Virus record (IMG/VR): IMGVR_UViG_3300028048_000092
Location: 42,680-106,679 of that record
Origin: a virus
Taxonomy: Duplodnaviria; Caudoviricetes
Direction: 5' to 3' (one strand)
Length of the DNA stretch: 64,000 nucleotides
Part shown: in pieces, positions 45,008-57,344 of the stretch
How the letters are laid out: every line of letters starts with the position of its first letter
How positions within the stretch are numbered: the first letter of the stretch is position 1
The notes under the pieces: model-generated
What the model was told of the DNA's origin: nothing
The model's input: the letters and a program-made list of their open reading frames with translations, nothing else
The model's database searches: none
Translations under genes and position numbers: made by a program

Positions 45008-48000
45008 ATGCCCACTATGTCTCCTAATAAGGTTGTATAGAAGAATGCCCAGGACTGGGTACGCGATTTAAGATTCTCCAATCAAGTCAATATGCAGACT
45101 ATGGGAGTGGACACCGACCGTGTAACTCCATAGCTCCTTTTAGCTTCCAGCAATAAACTTCTCGGTATCTCCAGAGGAACTACTTAGGGAGACATGAAGG
45201 ACTCCCTTCAGTTCCAGCGCTTTTACGGACCTGTAGAGTACTTTGCTGAAAGGATCCAGAAAGATGGCGGCAGCGTAGCCAGAAGTATGCTCTGGAAAGC
45301 AACTAACAGAGGCAACTTGGACTTTATCGGTTCAGGTTCTCTGCAGCCGCATGTAAATGCAGTGTTCCATGAAAGTAATCTTTCCCAGTTCGTAGACAAT
45401 ACAACTCCTTTGGATGGGATAGACAACTCCCAGAAAGTAACCCGCATAGGCGAGGGCGGACTCAGCGATGAAGATTCCGCGCCTATCGAGATGCGTCTTG
45501 TGCAGCCCTCTTATTATGGTTATGTAGATCCGGTAAGGTGCTACGATGATAAAACAGAGATCTATACTAAAAAGGGCTGGAAATCAGTAACCGAAATGTC
45601 CCTGGAAGATGAGTTTGCTGTACTTATTGATGGTAAACCTGCATGGAGCAAACCCATCTCTCTTCAGAACTTCGATCATGACGGTCTGATGTACTGCTTT
45701 GAGAATTGCTATATCAACTTCTCTGTAACTCAGGGTCACCGTATGTATGTCTCTAAGGAAAAAGGCGGTGAGTATGGTATAGAATTTATTGATAGTCTCT
45801 TTGGAAACTCCAAGTATGTGCTTTGCGGTGCTAAGAAAGCCTCTGTTGTAGATGAAAAACAGAAATGGTTCTATCTGCCCAAAGTTGATCAGGTGGGAAC
45901 TGTAAAGAACATAGACAAGCTGGATATAGTTGATTTTGCAAGATTCATGGGCTGGTATCTCAGTGAAGGTTCCTGTGATCTTTCCCACTCCGGTTCAGGC
46001 TCCATTGATTACAGAGTCCGTATCACCCAGTCCCCTGTTCTTCATCCGTAGAACTACGAGGAAATAAGAGACCTTGTAGAGAAGCTTCCTTTCGGCGCCC
46101 ATCCGAAGCATTACTGGGAAGCCAACAGCTCCGATATAACCATCAAGAGAAAGCAGCTCTATTACTATCTGGAACAGTTCGGAGGTTCTCTTGACAAGTT
46201 TATTCCTGATTGGATCTTTACAGCTCCCACAGAAGCCAGATGGGCCTTTGTAGATGCTATTTTAAAAGGCGACGGCAGCAACCAGAGAGATCTTAATACT
46301 ATTTCCAAGAGACTTGCAGAGGATTTTGCCAGACTTATGTTCGAGTTGGGGCAATCTGTAAGAATAATCTCTTCCCAGCAGACTTATATCGGAGTCAATG
46401 GAAAGCAGGCAGGTCTTATTTATCAGATTACCTGGCACAAGCGCTATGAACATAAGCTGGAAGCCAGAAAGAGAAAAGACCGCAACAGCGGCAAAGGTTA
46501 CTACACAGAATACTATAGAGGCAAGGTCTATTGCCCGACAGTCCCTGGCGGCCTTGTATATGTAAGAAGAAAGAACTCCAAAGGTTTCTGGTGCGGGAAC
46601 ACCGCGTAGAAGAGCCCCGGTATTACAGGTTACCTTACCAAGAATGTAATGAAAGGTACCGATGGCAAACTTTATCAGAAGTTCATCAATATGCACACAG
46701 GGCAGACCTAGATGCTGGATGCCCAGACAGCCGCCAAGAAGATCATCACCACCAATGAGTATCTGGACTCTAAGGATGATTATGTCTATGCAATTGGAGG
46801 ACCGAGAGGTCTGAGAGTGGTAAAGCGCAGCGACGTTGATTATATCCTGCCGAATGCGGATGATGCTTTCTCTGCAAACGCTAATGCGGTTCCCATGCTG
46901 TCAGGTATCAAAGCTATGCGGCTTCTCATGGGATGCCACCATCCGGAAACTCCTATAGCTGTTATCGACAAGCATGGTTATACCCATATAGTCCCTGCCA
47001 AGAGAGTGGGGCACATGGGACCTGTATATGTCTTCGGCTGCGATGAAAAGGGTATCGATCAGGTATATCCTGTAAGAAAAGTCGTTACCAGAGTGCCTGC
47101 CAAGAAGAGCAAGTTCAAGAAAGTCATTCTTGGTTCCGGCAGAGTGCTGCTAACTTCTGCTGAACATAAATGGTGGACTTATCAGGAAGGCTTCAAGCTT
47201 CTGCAGGCAAAGGACCTTAAGGAAGGCATGCTGGTTCCCAGAAGCCTCTTTACTTCTATGCCCGTGAGACTCACTGAAATAATGGGAGTCCCTGTTACAA
47301 GAGAGATCTGTGTCTTTATGGGACGCCTGATAAGAAGCCTTAAAGCCACCAGCTACAGTTATCGAGTCACTTATGTGAAAGACAGAGACAGAGGTATCGA
47401 CCAGAAAGTAGATATCCTCACAGCTTTGGAGCAGCTCGGCATAAAGAATTATAATGTATTCAGTGCCAGAGGGCTTCATGCAGTATCCATAAAGGATCCT
47501 GTTTTCCAGGATTGGGTGGATCAGAATATAGGTGAGCTCCCAGAAGACAGACGCATTCCAAGCGCCATTCTTTCTCTGCCGGAAGGATATACCAGTATCT
47601 TCCTGGATTCTTATTATAAAGATCTTGAAACTGTTGGTGAAGATGATCAGGGAGATACCTGGCTTCTCAGCATCGCCAATCCTGCCTTGAGAGACTCTCT
47701 GAGTTTTATGCTCAATAAGATCTATACAGACACAAAATATAGAGACGTTACCAAGAAGGATTATATCCACAGGGCCCTGCAGCTGTTCCCTGCAAGCACT
47801 TCGCTGGGAGATATCGTATTGGAGAAGATAACTAAGATCCTTGATGTCCAGGCTCCTCCGGTAATGATCGATATAGACTGCGACGATCATGTATATGCTG
47901 CTGCCAATGGTATTATTACACATAACAGTAAGTATGTAAGTCAGGCAGTTCCTTTACAGTAGCGGGAAGCTCCCCTTGTGAGAAATCTGGATGCTGCCAC

Positions 48001-51000
48001 AGGTATGGATATGGATACCAAGCTGGGCAAGCTTCTTGGTACACAGTGGGCTCCGAAGGCCGGTATGGTAAAGGCTGTTAGAGAAGATCGTATAGATATG
48101 CTCTATGATGACGGTACTACAGGAAGTGTTCCTCTTTATAAGAACTTCCCGGCCAACGCTAAAGGGTGGCTGACCAATTATCCCAAGGTAAAAGCAGGAG
48201 ATAAAGTTGCTTAGGGGCAGCTTCTGGCTACATCCAATTATACGGATGATAATGGAGTGCTTGCTATGGGAAGAAACCTCAGGATGGCTTATATGAGCTA
48301 TCATGGAGGTACCTATGAAGATGCTACTACTATTTCCGAGTCTGCTGCCAAGAAGCTTGGTTATACTACCATGTACAAGACAGACATGGATAAGGATAAG
48401 AATATAAGAACCGCCAAGCATCTTTATACTACATGGAAGCCCGGACAGTACTCAAAAGAGCAGCTCTAGAATCTGGATGATCAGGGAGTTGTAAAAGTCG
48501 GGGCTACTCTGCATAAGGGAGATCCTGTGATTCTTGGCATACGCACTACAGAGCCCTCTCCGGGGACACTTGGCAAAAGGATCCTTTCCGATGTTACTTA
48601 GGTGTGGTAGCACGCCAACCCAGGGATAGTTACAGATGTCGTAAACGGAAAGAACGGTATCAAGGTCTTCGCCACAGTAAGCAGTCCTCTCAGAGAAGGA
48701 GATAAGCTGACACAGCTCTATGGCGGGAAAGCAACTATCGCACAAATTATTCCTGATGAAAAGATGCCCAGAGATGCTAAGGGAAGGCCGTTAGATCTTT
48801 TGTTCGATCCTCTAGGAATTGTAAGTCGCTGTTACGATGTGTAGACGGAATTTCTTACTAGATAGGGATGGAAACTGGGTAAGGATGTAAAGGGTTCCGA
48901 TGAGCTCCTTAGTTGGGATCTCAAAGCAGAAGGCTTCTCTTATCTGCCACAATAGTAGTCTTTCTATAAAAAGGAATATAAAGGCACCATGTATAAGGCC
49001 TCTAATAAGGAGGTTTAGCTGCAGGTGACACCTAAACATAGAGTGGCCTATAAATGGCCCGGCTAGGATACAGTCAGATAGGGCTTTATAGAGGATATCT
49101 GCGGAAAGAGCTGCTATCTCCCCAAGAGAGAACTTATTAACGGTAAAGAAGAAACCAGTTGGCAGCTTATCAGAAGTACTGACTGGTCTTAGGTAGATTA
49201 TGAAGGCACTGTTTATTGTCCTACAGTAAGTACTGGATATGTTCTTACCAGAAGGAACGGCAAGTAGATAGTAGCACATAACACCAATCCTTCCCAAATG
49301 ATGTAGGCAGGGCTTGGCAAAGTTGCTATGAAGACAGGCACTCCTATTGTAGTTCCTGCTTTTATGCCCAAAGGACAGTCCAGGTTAAAGTATGTAAAAG
49401 ATCTGATGAAGGCGAATAATGTTCCCTGGAAAGAGGATGTCTATGATCCCGATACTGGAAGGACCATTAAGAATGTCTTCACAGGTGTAATGTATTTCCT
49501 TCCCTTAAAGCACATTGCAGATACTAAAATGTCTGCAAGAGGAACTGCACAGTACACCGCTTAGCAGGTTCCCATGGGAGGCGGATAGTAGGGCTGCTTC
49601 CCAGCGATGCAAAATATTATAACCTTGCATGGGGAACAGAGTATTGCACATATTTGTGAGAAGAAGATTCCTGAATATGTGATGTCTTGGGACTAGGAAC
49701 GTAAAGAATGGCGCTGGAAGCAGATCACTGACTGGTTCACTTACAGATCTAAAGTATAGAATATCCTCAATATCTTTACAGAGAACTCTCTCAGTACTTA
49801 TGGTGGTAGGAATAAAGTAAAGCATACCAACTCTTCTTATCCCACTAAGAACCATAAGATGTATATGGCGGATGGTTCTATAAAGCTTGCAGGAGAGCTT
49901 AAAGTAGGGGACTACTTGGCTGGTATTGGTTGCCAGTATACCGAGGATCAGCTGCAGGCTCTTTATGGTACTCTTATGGGAGACTCCAGTAGAGACTCAC
50001 AGGGTGGTATCCAGTGTATGCATTCTGTAAAGCAGTCTGCTTATATCAATTACAAGAGAGATATCTTTGCGGCTGTTGGTGCCAGTAGAGTAAGTGACCC
50101 CAAAGAAGTTAAGGGCGGTGTAATGGGCAGAGATGGGGTTTGGAAGGAGTATAAGCCTACAGCTGCTATCCGTATGCAGGTTCCTAAGAGCTATTATGTA
50201 TAGAAAGCCCTTTAGCTTACTACAGATAGTGCAGGAAAGAGACATCTCACTGCTCCTGTGTTGGAAGCAATGGGAGAGTTTGGGTTCTGTTTGTGGTTCC
50301 TGGATGATGGTAGTATAACCAATCAAAGAAAGCCTACACATCACATAGATCAGCCATAGGCTAGAATAGCTACACACAGCTTCTCTGTAGAGGAAGTAGA
50401 AGAAGCTGCTAAATGGTTATAGAAGAATCTACTTCATGTAGAAAATGGTACTCATATAACTATCTATAAAGGAGTATATGATCAGGATCAGCCTTGTTTG
50501 AATTTCCATAGGAACGCTAGTTGGTAGATTGCAAGAATAATTGCTAAGCACATTCCTTGGGAAGTTATTCCTGATTCTAAGACATGGTTGAAGCAGTACT
50601 GTAAAGGGGTCCAGGAAAAGACTCCCTGTGTAAAACACAACTTTAGGAGTCCTCTTGGTATAGTGCCATTGAAGATCAAAGAGATCAAGCCCTATAAGCA
50701 CGACAAGCCAAATGTGACTGAAGTCAATGTCTATGATTTTACTGTGGAAGACACTCATAATTATACACTTACAGGCGGTGTAAGAGTGTCTAATTCGAAG
50801 CGCATTGGCAATTTAGAGGTCAGTGGTCTTGCAGGCCACAACGCTTTCAACTTCCTCCACGATGCCAAGCTTATAAGAGGACAGGCCAACAGTGACTTCT
50901 GGCGCTCCATAAGAACAGGCCAGATCCCTACAGTCCCCGGAGAACCTCTTGCCCATAAGAAGTTCTTTGCACACCTTCAAGGCTCCGGTATGCAGATAAA

Positions 51001-54000
51001 GAGAGACAATTAGGGCTTCACCATCTTTGCTCTCTCCAATAAGGATGTAAATGAACTCGCAGGCTCCAGGTAGCTTAAATCCACAGATACTTACTAGCAG
51101 AAGAACTTCCGCCCCATAGCAGGGGGACTTTTCGGCTAGGACATCTTCGGTCCTTAGGGAGATAAATGGGCTTACATACAGCTCGACAGTCCTCTGCCGA
51201 ACCCTGTGATGGAGGAGCCTCTTGCAAGACTTCTCGGAGTCTCCGATACTTAGTTCTAGCAGATAGTCCGTGGAAAAGGCACTCAGAAGGGACTTCGCAA
51301 TGCTTCCGATATGAAGAAGGTTCTCTCCAAGATGGACCTCTAGAGGGAAGCTACCCGTGCCCTCATGGACTTTAAGACCAGTACCAAGTCCCGTAAAGAC
51401 AAGGCTCTGAAGAAGTATGTAGCTATAGCAAGGATGAGAGACGCCGGGGTACGCCCATAGGAGTACATGCTCGACAGGATCCCGGTGCTTCCTCCAAAGT
51501 TCCGCCCGATAACCTCCCATGGAGGTCTTACCATGGTGGCTGACAGCAACTATCTCTATTCCCAGCTTCTTAATGCAAGGGACGATTTGAGGGCTGCAAA
51601 GGATCTCCCTTAGGAGTACCAGGAAGAAGGGCAGTCAAATCTCTACCAGAAGTGGAAAGAGCTGGTAGGGCTGTACGATCCAAGCGATGTGAAGTTGAAG
51701 GCCAAGAATGTAAAGGGGCTGCTGAAGTGGGCGCTTGGGAAGAGTCCCAAGTATAGCGGATTTATGCAAAAGGTCCTTGGGAGCACAGTGGATACGGTTG
51801 GAAGGGGAGTAGTTATTCCCAGTACCAAGATAAAGTTGAATGAGATCGGGATGCCTGTATAGATGGCATGGCATTTATATTCGCCATTTGTAGTAAGGAA
51901 GCTGGTACAGCAGGGATACACTCCAGTGGATGCTATGAAGCAGGTCAAAGAGAAGCGCCCAGTGGCGGAGGAAGCTCTTTCTGAGGCTATTAAGGAAAGA
52001 CCTGTGGTTATGAACAGAGCGCCATCTCTGCACAAGCTGTCTCTTATGGGGTTCAATGTGAAGCTCACTAACGGGCACGCTCTGAAGGTAAATCCTTCAA
52101 TAGTAAGTCCTTACGGAATGGACTTCGACGGGGATAGCATTAAATCGTTGATTTCCATAGACTTACGACGTGAAAATCTGCCAAATATAGCAAAATGGCA
52201 AAACAATGTCGATTAGAATTCGGACTTGACAAATAAAAAAGATGGATATAGATTGTTTATGAAAGAGGAAAAAGGTACCTCGAGTAATAACAAGTAGAGA
52301 AAGGAACAATCTATGTTCAGCAAAAACACCAAAATGGAACTTGTACAGACTGTAATGGAACTCTCTGAGCTCCCTGTTGTAGAAGGGTCTGAAGTCAAGA
52401 AATCTGAAACAGTAACTGAGTGGGATGTAAAGGAAGGGACCTATACTAGTACCATTGATCCGGTCACTGGAGACATCGTCTATGCACCTATTACTAAGGT
52501 CTCCAAGCATGAAAATTTGAAGATGTTTGATATCAAGCTCGCTATCAGCTCCTCCTATGACCACATGGTCACAGCCTCTGAAGACCACAGCCTGATTACC
52601 CTTAATCCTATGACACTGGAGCTGGAGAAGACTCGCCCGGAAGACTCTAAAGGGCGCTGCGTTCCTATGACCAGACATAACAAGGGCAACTCTGCTAGAG
52701 AAAATGGACAAGGCATTTGCACTGAGCTGCACTTTCCCTCCGGTACTTATCAAATGTCCTACGAAATGGGACTTTTCCTAGGTCTTATGGTAGGAGATGG
52801 ATGGGTATCCCGTCTCGAAACCTCTCCCATAATTCAAGTTGCTTGCTGCGAACCTTCTTTGCAAGAAAGAATAAAAGAGCTGTCCAAGAGTGCTAATATG
52901 CCCTTTACCAAGGAAGCTTCCTTCGGTAGCTATGAAGCAGATGAACAGAGATTCTCCAAGGATAATATGCAGCGACTTACCTTCTTTATGGATCAAGACG
53001 ACAAGCGCTATATAAATGATCTCATTGGACACGGTGCTGAGAATAAGAGAATCCCGTATCCCAGTTTTATGTCCAGCAGGACACACATGCTAGGCGTGCT
53101 CATGGGATTACTGGCCACAGACGGTGTAGTTTCTCACAGGCCTCCAACTAAGGGTAAAAAATCTCCCTGCAAGAGTATTGCCTATCATACTGTCAGTCCT
53201 GTTCTTAGAGATGGGGTACAGGAACTTGCTCATAGACTCGGAGTAAAAACTTCTGTCACTAATTATATAGGTACAACATCTGGTAATTTGACCTATATGG
53301 TTAACTTCTGTCTTGAGGATATGGTTCGCCTTTATGATAGTAATAAAGCTCGCTTTGTTGTACCAGTATCTTATAAGCAGGAAGCTATGGAAAGAATCGC
53401 AAGAGATTTCCACGATAATATGAAAGCAGACTGTAGTAAAACGTGGACATCTTATGATATTGTTCCTTTCCCCAGAGGTGTCTTCTGTGAGTTTAGTTGG
53501 GCAAAAATAGAAAGTCTAGCCAAAGACGTTGTAATTAAAGGCAGAGGAAAAGGCTTTATTAAACGGTGCGTTGCGAAGAGGATTGCGGATGCTCTTGAGA
53601 GACGTGATTGGAGTATTTATAAAGATCCTACATATATCAAAACTTCAGATCGTACCCACCACACCCCCGAAGAAGCCCTTGCTCTTGTGAACAAATGGAT
53701 CTCCATGGTCCGCAACGAGGACATTGGCTGGGAAGTTGTGGAGGATGTAACTCCTTCCACTTGCACTGAAGGCTGGGACTGCACTGTGCCAGGGCCCTAC
53801 ACTTTCTCCCTTTCCACAGGAACTGTTGTACAAGACACCGTAAACATCCACGTCCCTGTCTCCAAGAAGGCTGTACAGGATGTACGCTAGAAGATGATGC
53901 CCGAAAGGAACCTCATTTCACTCCGCAAGGGCAAGATTCTCTACGGGCCGTAGAAAGCTTATACACAGGGACTTTACGTAGCTACCAGAATGGGGGACGA

Positions 54001-54100
54001 CAAGGATGTAAAAACTTTTGCCTCCACAGCAGACGCCCGCAAGGCCTACCTGAAGGGCTAGATCGATATAGACACTCCAATAGTGATAAAGGAAAAGTAA
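45008..54100 (+). CDS. RNA polymerase beta(C)-beta'(N) fusion precursor with five inteins (TAG=Glu, 3030 aa)
   Basis: All track fragments 45194..52313 share one frame; beta motifs RIGEGGL, GYVDPVR/TA*, LLMG/S..QAVPL, GRNL..YEDA, GDKL, PDEKMP, LKH..KMSARG, RIGNLE; beta' motifs GLFG*DIFG, IPVLPPKFRP, NRAPSLH, DFDGD. Confidence 0.92.
45539..46600 (+). mobile_element. intein 1 with LAGLIDADG endonuclease
   Basis: CYDDKTEI...FWCGN/T; FMGWYLSEGS and FVDAILKGDG. Confidence 0.9.
46934..47926 (+). mobile_element. intein 2 with degenerate endonuclease region
   Basis: CHHPETPI...TSAEHKW...ANGIITHN/S within LLMG/SK. Confidence 0.88.
48830..49282 (+). mobile_element. intein 3, mini-intein (151 aa)
   Basis: CYDV*TEFLT..GW, VTPKHR, VYCPTV, RRNGK.IVAHN/T within PLGIVSR/TN. 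Confidence 0.88.
49595..50794 (+). mobile_element. intein 4 with LAGLIDADG endonuclease
   Basis: CFPAM...TKNHKM, LYGTLMGDS, WFLDDGS, VYDFTVEDTHNY..VRVSN/S. Confidence 0.88.
52136..53836 (+). mobile_element. intein 5 with LAGLIDADG endonuclease, Ser start and Asp end
   Basis: Inserted at DFDGD/TVNIHVP; TASEDHSL, LGLMVGDG, MGLLATDG, GWDCTVPG, GTVVQD/T. Confidence 0.85.
52226..52254 (+). promoter_or_regulatory. sigma70-like promoter inside intein 5
   Basis: TTGACA-N17-TAGATT, followed by AAGGA RBS and in-frame ATG at 52313. Confidence 0.55.
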
Positions 54101-54150
54101 CTTTCCTCCTCAGCACTTTCGCTGTAACTTCCAATAACCGCATTTGGGGC

Positions 54151-54184
54151 GGCCTGCACTGAGATCCTCTTGGTGCAGGTCTTT
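54151..54184 (+). terminator. hairpin terminator
   Basis: GGCCTGCACTGAGA/TCTTGGTGCAGGTC then T-rich. Confidence 0.55.
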
Positions 54185-54207
54185 ATTTAATTTTAAGGAG
54201 GTACTGT

Positions 54208-54648
54208 ATGACAGAAGAAAATGTATTTTGCTTCAGAGAGTGTAAAGACGACTTGGTAACTGAACTTGAGCGCTGCAAACATCACTTTGTAACAGCCCTC
54301 AGAGACATGTATATCGAAGAAGATACTCACTGTAAAACCGTAGAAAGATATACAACTTTTGGCTCCCGGTATGGAGAAGCTATTAAGTGGGATATTTCTT
54401 TGGAAGTATTTAACCAGCTTGTACCCACAGAAGCACTACAAGAACTTTGTACTTGTAAGCTGTTCCCCGCAGTCCCTTATCCTGCTACCAAGAGAGGTAA
54501 AGAGGTCGAGAAATCTACTGCAAACTGTTATGTCTCCTTTTCTGAAGATTTTGCAGACCTCTTTGGAGAGGGAGAGTTTCCTGCAATGAGCTTTCATGTA
54601 ATCAAGCTATTAGATAGATACTACAGTTTCTATACTATCAACCGTTAA
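54208..54648 (+). CDS. hypothetical protein, paralogue of next gene
   Basis: RBS AAGGAGG; C-terminus FHVIKLLDRYYSFYT; no TAG. Confidence 0.75.
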   Translation: MTEENVFCFRECKDDLVTELERCKHHFVTALRDMYIEEDTHCKTVERYTTFGSRYGEAIKWDISLEVFNQLVPTEALQELCTCKLFPAVPYPATKRGKEVEKSTANCYVSFSEDFADLFGEGEFPAMSFHVIKLLDRYYSFYTINR

Positions 54649-54736
54649 TCCTATACTTCAAGAAACTATGAGAATATAATACAAGTAGAAAAACAGGATT
54701 ACAGCTTCTATACTTTTGAAAACTGACGAAAGGAGA

Positions 54737-55204
54737 AATATGCCTACTTACAATGCTCTTGGATTCGCACCCCTTTACACAGATGAGTACTGGTCTGTAG
54801 ATGATCTTTACAGAGACTGCGCCAAGCACTTCATCGACAACTTGTTCAGGGACTATGTGGAGCACCCTGAATATTTTGAGAGCGAGAGTATTGACAGACT
54901 GATAAGCAATCACTCCCATGCGGTAACTGTCAGAGAGGACACTGAGATCCTCAAATTGTCTTCCAACAGAAATACCTTTAAGGATCATTGCGGGGGATTC
55001 CTTCCTTACGTTACTAAAGAGGAGACCAGAAGTGGGTATTACGTGAAGCACGAGGAAGTCCCGTTTAAGGAATTCAAAAAACTTGTCAATAAGTTCGACA
55101 AGAAGTTCTTGAGTGACACGCTGGTTTTTCAGCTGCCTGTGATGACATTACATGTAGTACAGATAATAGACAGGTACTACAGCTTCTACACTTTAGAAGA
55201 CTAA
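54737..55204 (+). CDS. hypothetical protein, paralogue of previous gene
   Basis: RBS AAGGAG near MPTYNALG (start approximate); C-terminus LHVVQIIDRYYSFYT; no TAG. Confidence 0.7.
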   Translation, partial: NMPTYNALGFAPLYTDEYWSVDDLYRDCAKHFIDNLFRDYVEHPEYFESESIDRLISNHSHAVTVREDTEILKLSSNRNTFKDHCGGFLPYVTKEETRSGYYVKHEEVPFKEFKKLVNKFDKKFLSDTLVFQLPVMTLHVVQIIDRYYSFYTLED

Positions 55205-55233
55205 TGCAACTTTATAAATTATCTTCTTCCTTG

Positions 55234-55266
55234 ACCTCCTGTTCCCTTAAAGAACGGGAGGTTTTC
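55234..55266. terminator. hairpin between convergent genes
   Basis: ACCTCCTGTTC-ccttaaa-GAACGGGAGGT then T-run. Confidence 0.7.
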
Positions 55267-56184
55267 TTATGCCCTCTAAACCTAGATTCAAGAGCTTTAC
55301 CAAGTACCTCGATCAGTGGGGTGCCCGAGTGTGTATTTTTATAGGTCCTTGGTAGGACTTCAAATAGTACATTACCAAGAGATGGCATGCATAGATGCCT
55401 GAAGCTGAAGAGGATGTGAATTGTGCAGGTCTTTCCTCCAGGATTTGCGACAGCAAGGGTGTCAGAAAGTGTTACTGTATTTACATGCCCTCTATGGAGT
55501 TCACTGTAGAGGACTATGTGACACTTTCTCATTAGTGCATCCATATAGCTTCTGACATACTTACCGATAGAGGTGTATATTTATAGGACTAGAGCAAAGA
55601 GGCACTTACATATACGCACGATGCTATATATAGAGCTTTTTTGAGGAAGTTACTTTAGAAGTGACTCAGCGCTTACTGAACTATCTGAGTTTCTGCAAAG
55701 CATATGCCATAGGATCATAATTAGGATCCTTTTTAGCTCTTTGCGCATCTCCCAGCTACATTAGATGTTGTCTTAGCCATTCTCTTGCTTTTGTTATGGG
55801 ATGGTCAGTATAAGTAGTAACAGTATCTGGTGTCCACATAGTTCTTCTGCTAAGTCTGTCCAACATTCTCTTGATATTTCCCTAAGAGCTGTAAAGGGAT
55901 TTTTTAAATCTGTCCTTACCTTCTTTTGCGACCCACTATATGGGTCTGTTTTGTCTTGTAATAAAGCTATCTAACTGGTTCTTAAGCAGATTACTTATCG
56001 GAAGCTTATCACCTCTCTAACTTATAAATCTTCCTGCTCGTGTAAATAAGTAATCCCCTCCATGGCCTTTAATGCCATGTATAAAAGCGGCTCTGTTTTT
56101 ATTTGTTACTGTATTTTTTAAAAGGGCAGGTAATCCTTCTATAATCAACCTCGCTTTACCTATTAGAGCTTGTTTGTTCTGCAT
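55267..56184 (-). CDS. hypothetical protein (TAG=Glu, about 305 aa)
   Basis: RBS AAGGA, MQNKQAL start, in-frame TAA at 55267-55269; interior not fully checked. Confidence 0.55.
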
Positions 56185-56284
56185 GTGTTGTTCCTTTACG
56201 TTGTTCTTTATATAGTTATTCAGGTAAATAACAATTGAAGCCCCTTTTACACGCACACCTATAATGATACATAGGAGATTTATT

Positions 56285-56680
56285 GTGAACAAACAAGCAT
56301 ACTTTAAGATGATGGGCCTCAATAAAAAAGCCTAGAATTAGCGCATACCCAACTATTATTAGACAGGTATTCCTTAGACTGATACACAGTAGAGGAGTTT
56401 TTTAAACAGGGGAACGAAAGAGATCCCTCTTCCATTGCTTGCACAACAGCAAATTGCAAACAGAATAGGCAGGAAATGGAGAGACAGAACCTCATTAGGA
56501 CATCAACTGAAGAGACTTATCGGATTTACAGAAGATAAAGATAAATGGACTTACCATTAGCCATAGACAGCTGGAACTATGTTTAATCCCAGCAGGTATC
56601 CTGTATATGATGTTAAATATGGAGTGCCTTTTATGGACGATGCTAGTAACTGGTGGAGATTTCTCACGAAAGGAAAATAA
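56285..56680 (+). CDS. probable internal virion protein (TAG=Glu)
   Basis: GTG after AGGAG; (M)NKQAYFKMMGLNKKA leader. Confidence 0.7.
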
Positions 56681-56681
56681 T

Positions 56682-57344
56682 ATGAAAAAGAAATCGTATT
56701 TCAAAATGTTCGGGCTAAATAAGAAAGCCACTACACCCACAGAAGAGATTATTGCTAGTCATGTCTCATCTGCTATCCCCTATGTTGCTTATGTAAACGG
56801 ACCTGCTGATCTTGCTGGCAGAATTATAGGAGATAATACTTCAACCAAAGATTATGATGATAGTGCACTGGGTTATGTCCCAGGTATAAGTGCTTACAGA
56901 GTCCAGCGCCGTCGCGCAGAAGCTGCCAAATTGCTTGGTGCGGATAAAACGCAGCAGGTTAATTAGTTTCTTGGCGGGCTGACAGGAACACTTCTTGGAG
57001 GCGGGATTGGAGGTGGTGCCGGAGCCTTGCTAGGTAAAGCTATCGGGGATGCTTCTAACGTAGAAGATGGTGGCACTGCAGGCGCCTTAATGGGTGCAGG
57101 TATCGGTGCCGCAACCGGAGCTATTGCACCGCACCTAATTGCTGCTCTTGCAGCGCTTATTAAACGTCGTCGCACAGCAGCGGAACAGAAAGAATATGAA
57201 CAGAATGGCGGTGTCGGTAACTATCTTATTCCTGGTATGGCGACATATAATGATTATAAATCTAAAGGCTTCTTAATGGGTGATGAATATAAGCAGCTCA
57301 GATAGAAAGCTCACGGGAAGAATAAGAAAGCACCTTCCAAGTGA
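56682..57344 (+). CDS. glycine-zipper probable virion protein (TAG=Glu)
   Basis: MKKKSYFKMFGLNKKA leader; GGGAGALLG / GALMGAGIGA zippers. Confidence 0.75.

Noticed and set aside
45008-54100. Cellular rpoB/rpoC locus
   Set aside because: Highly divergent, split and fused, intein-laden, lacks ribosomal protein neighbours and lies among phage structural genes, so no gene symbol was given
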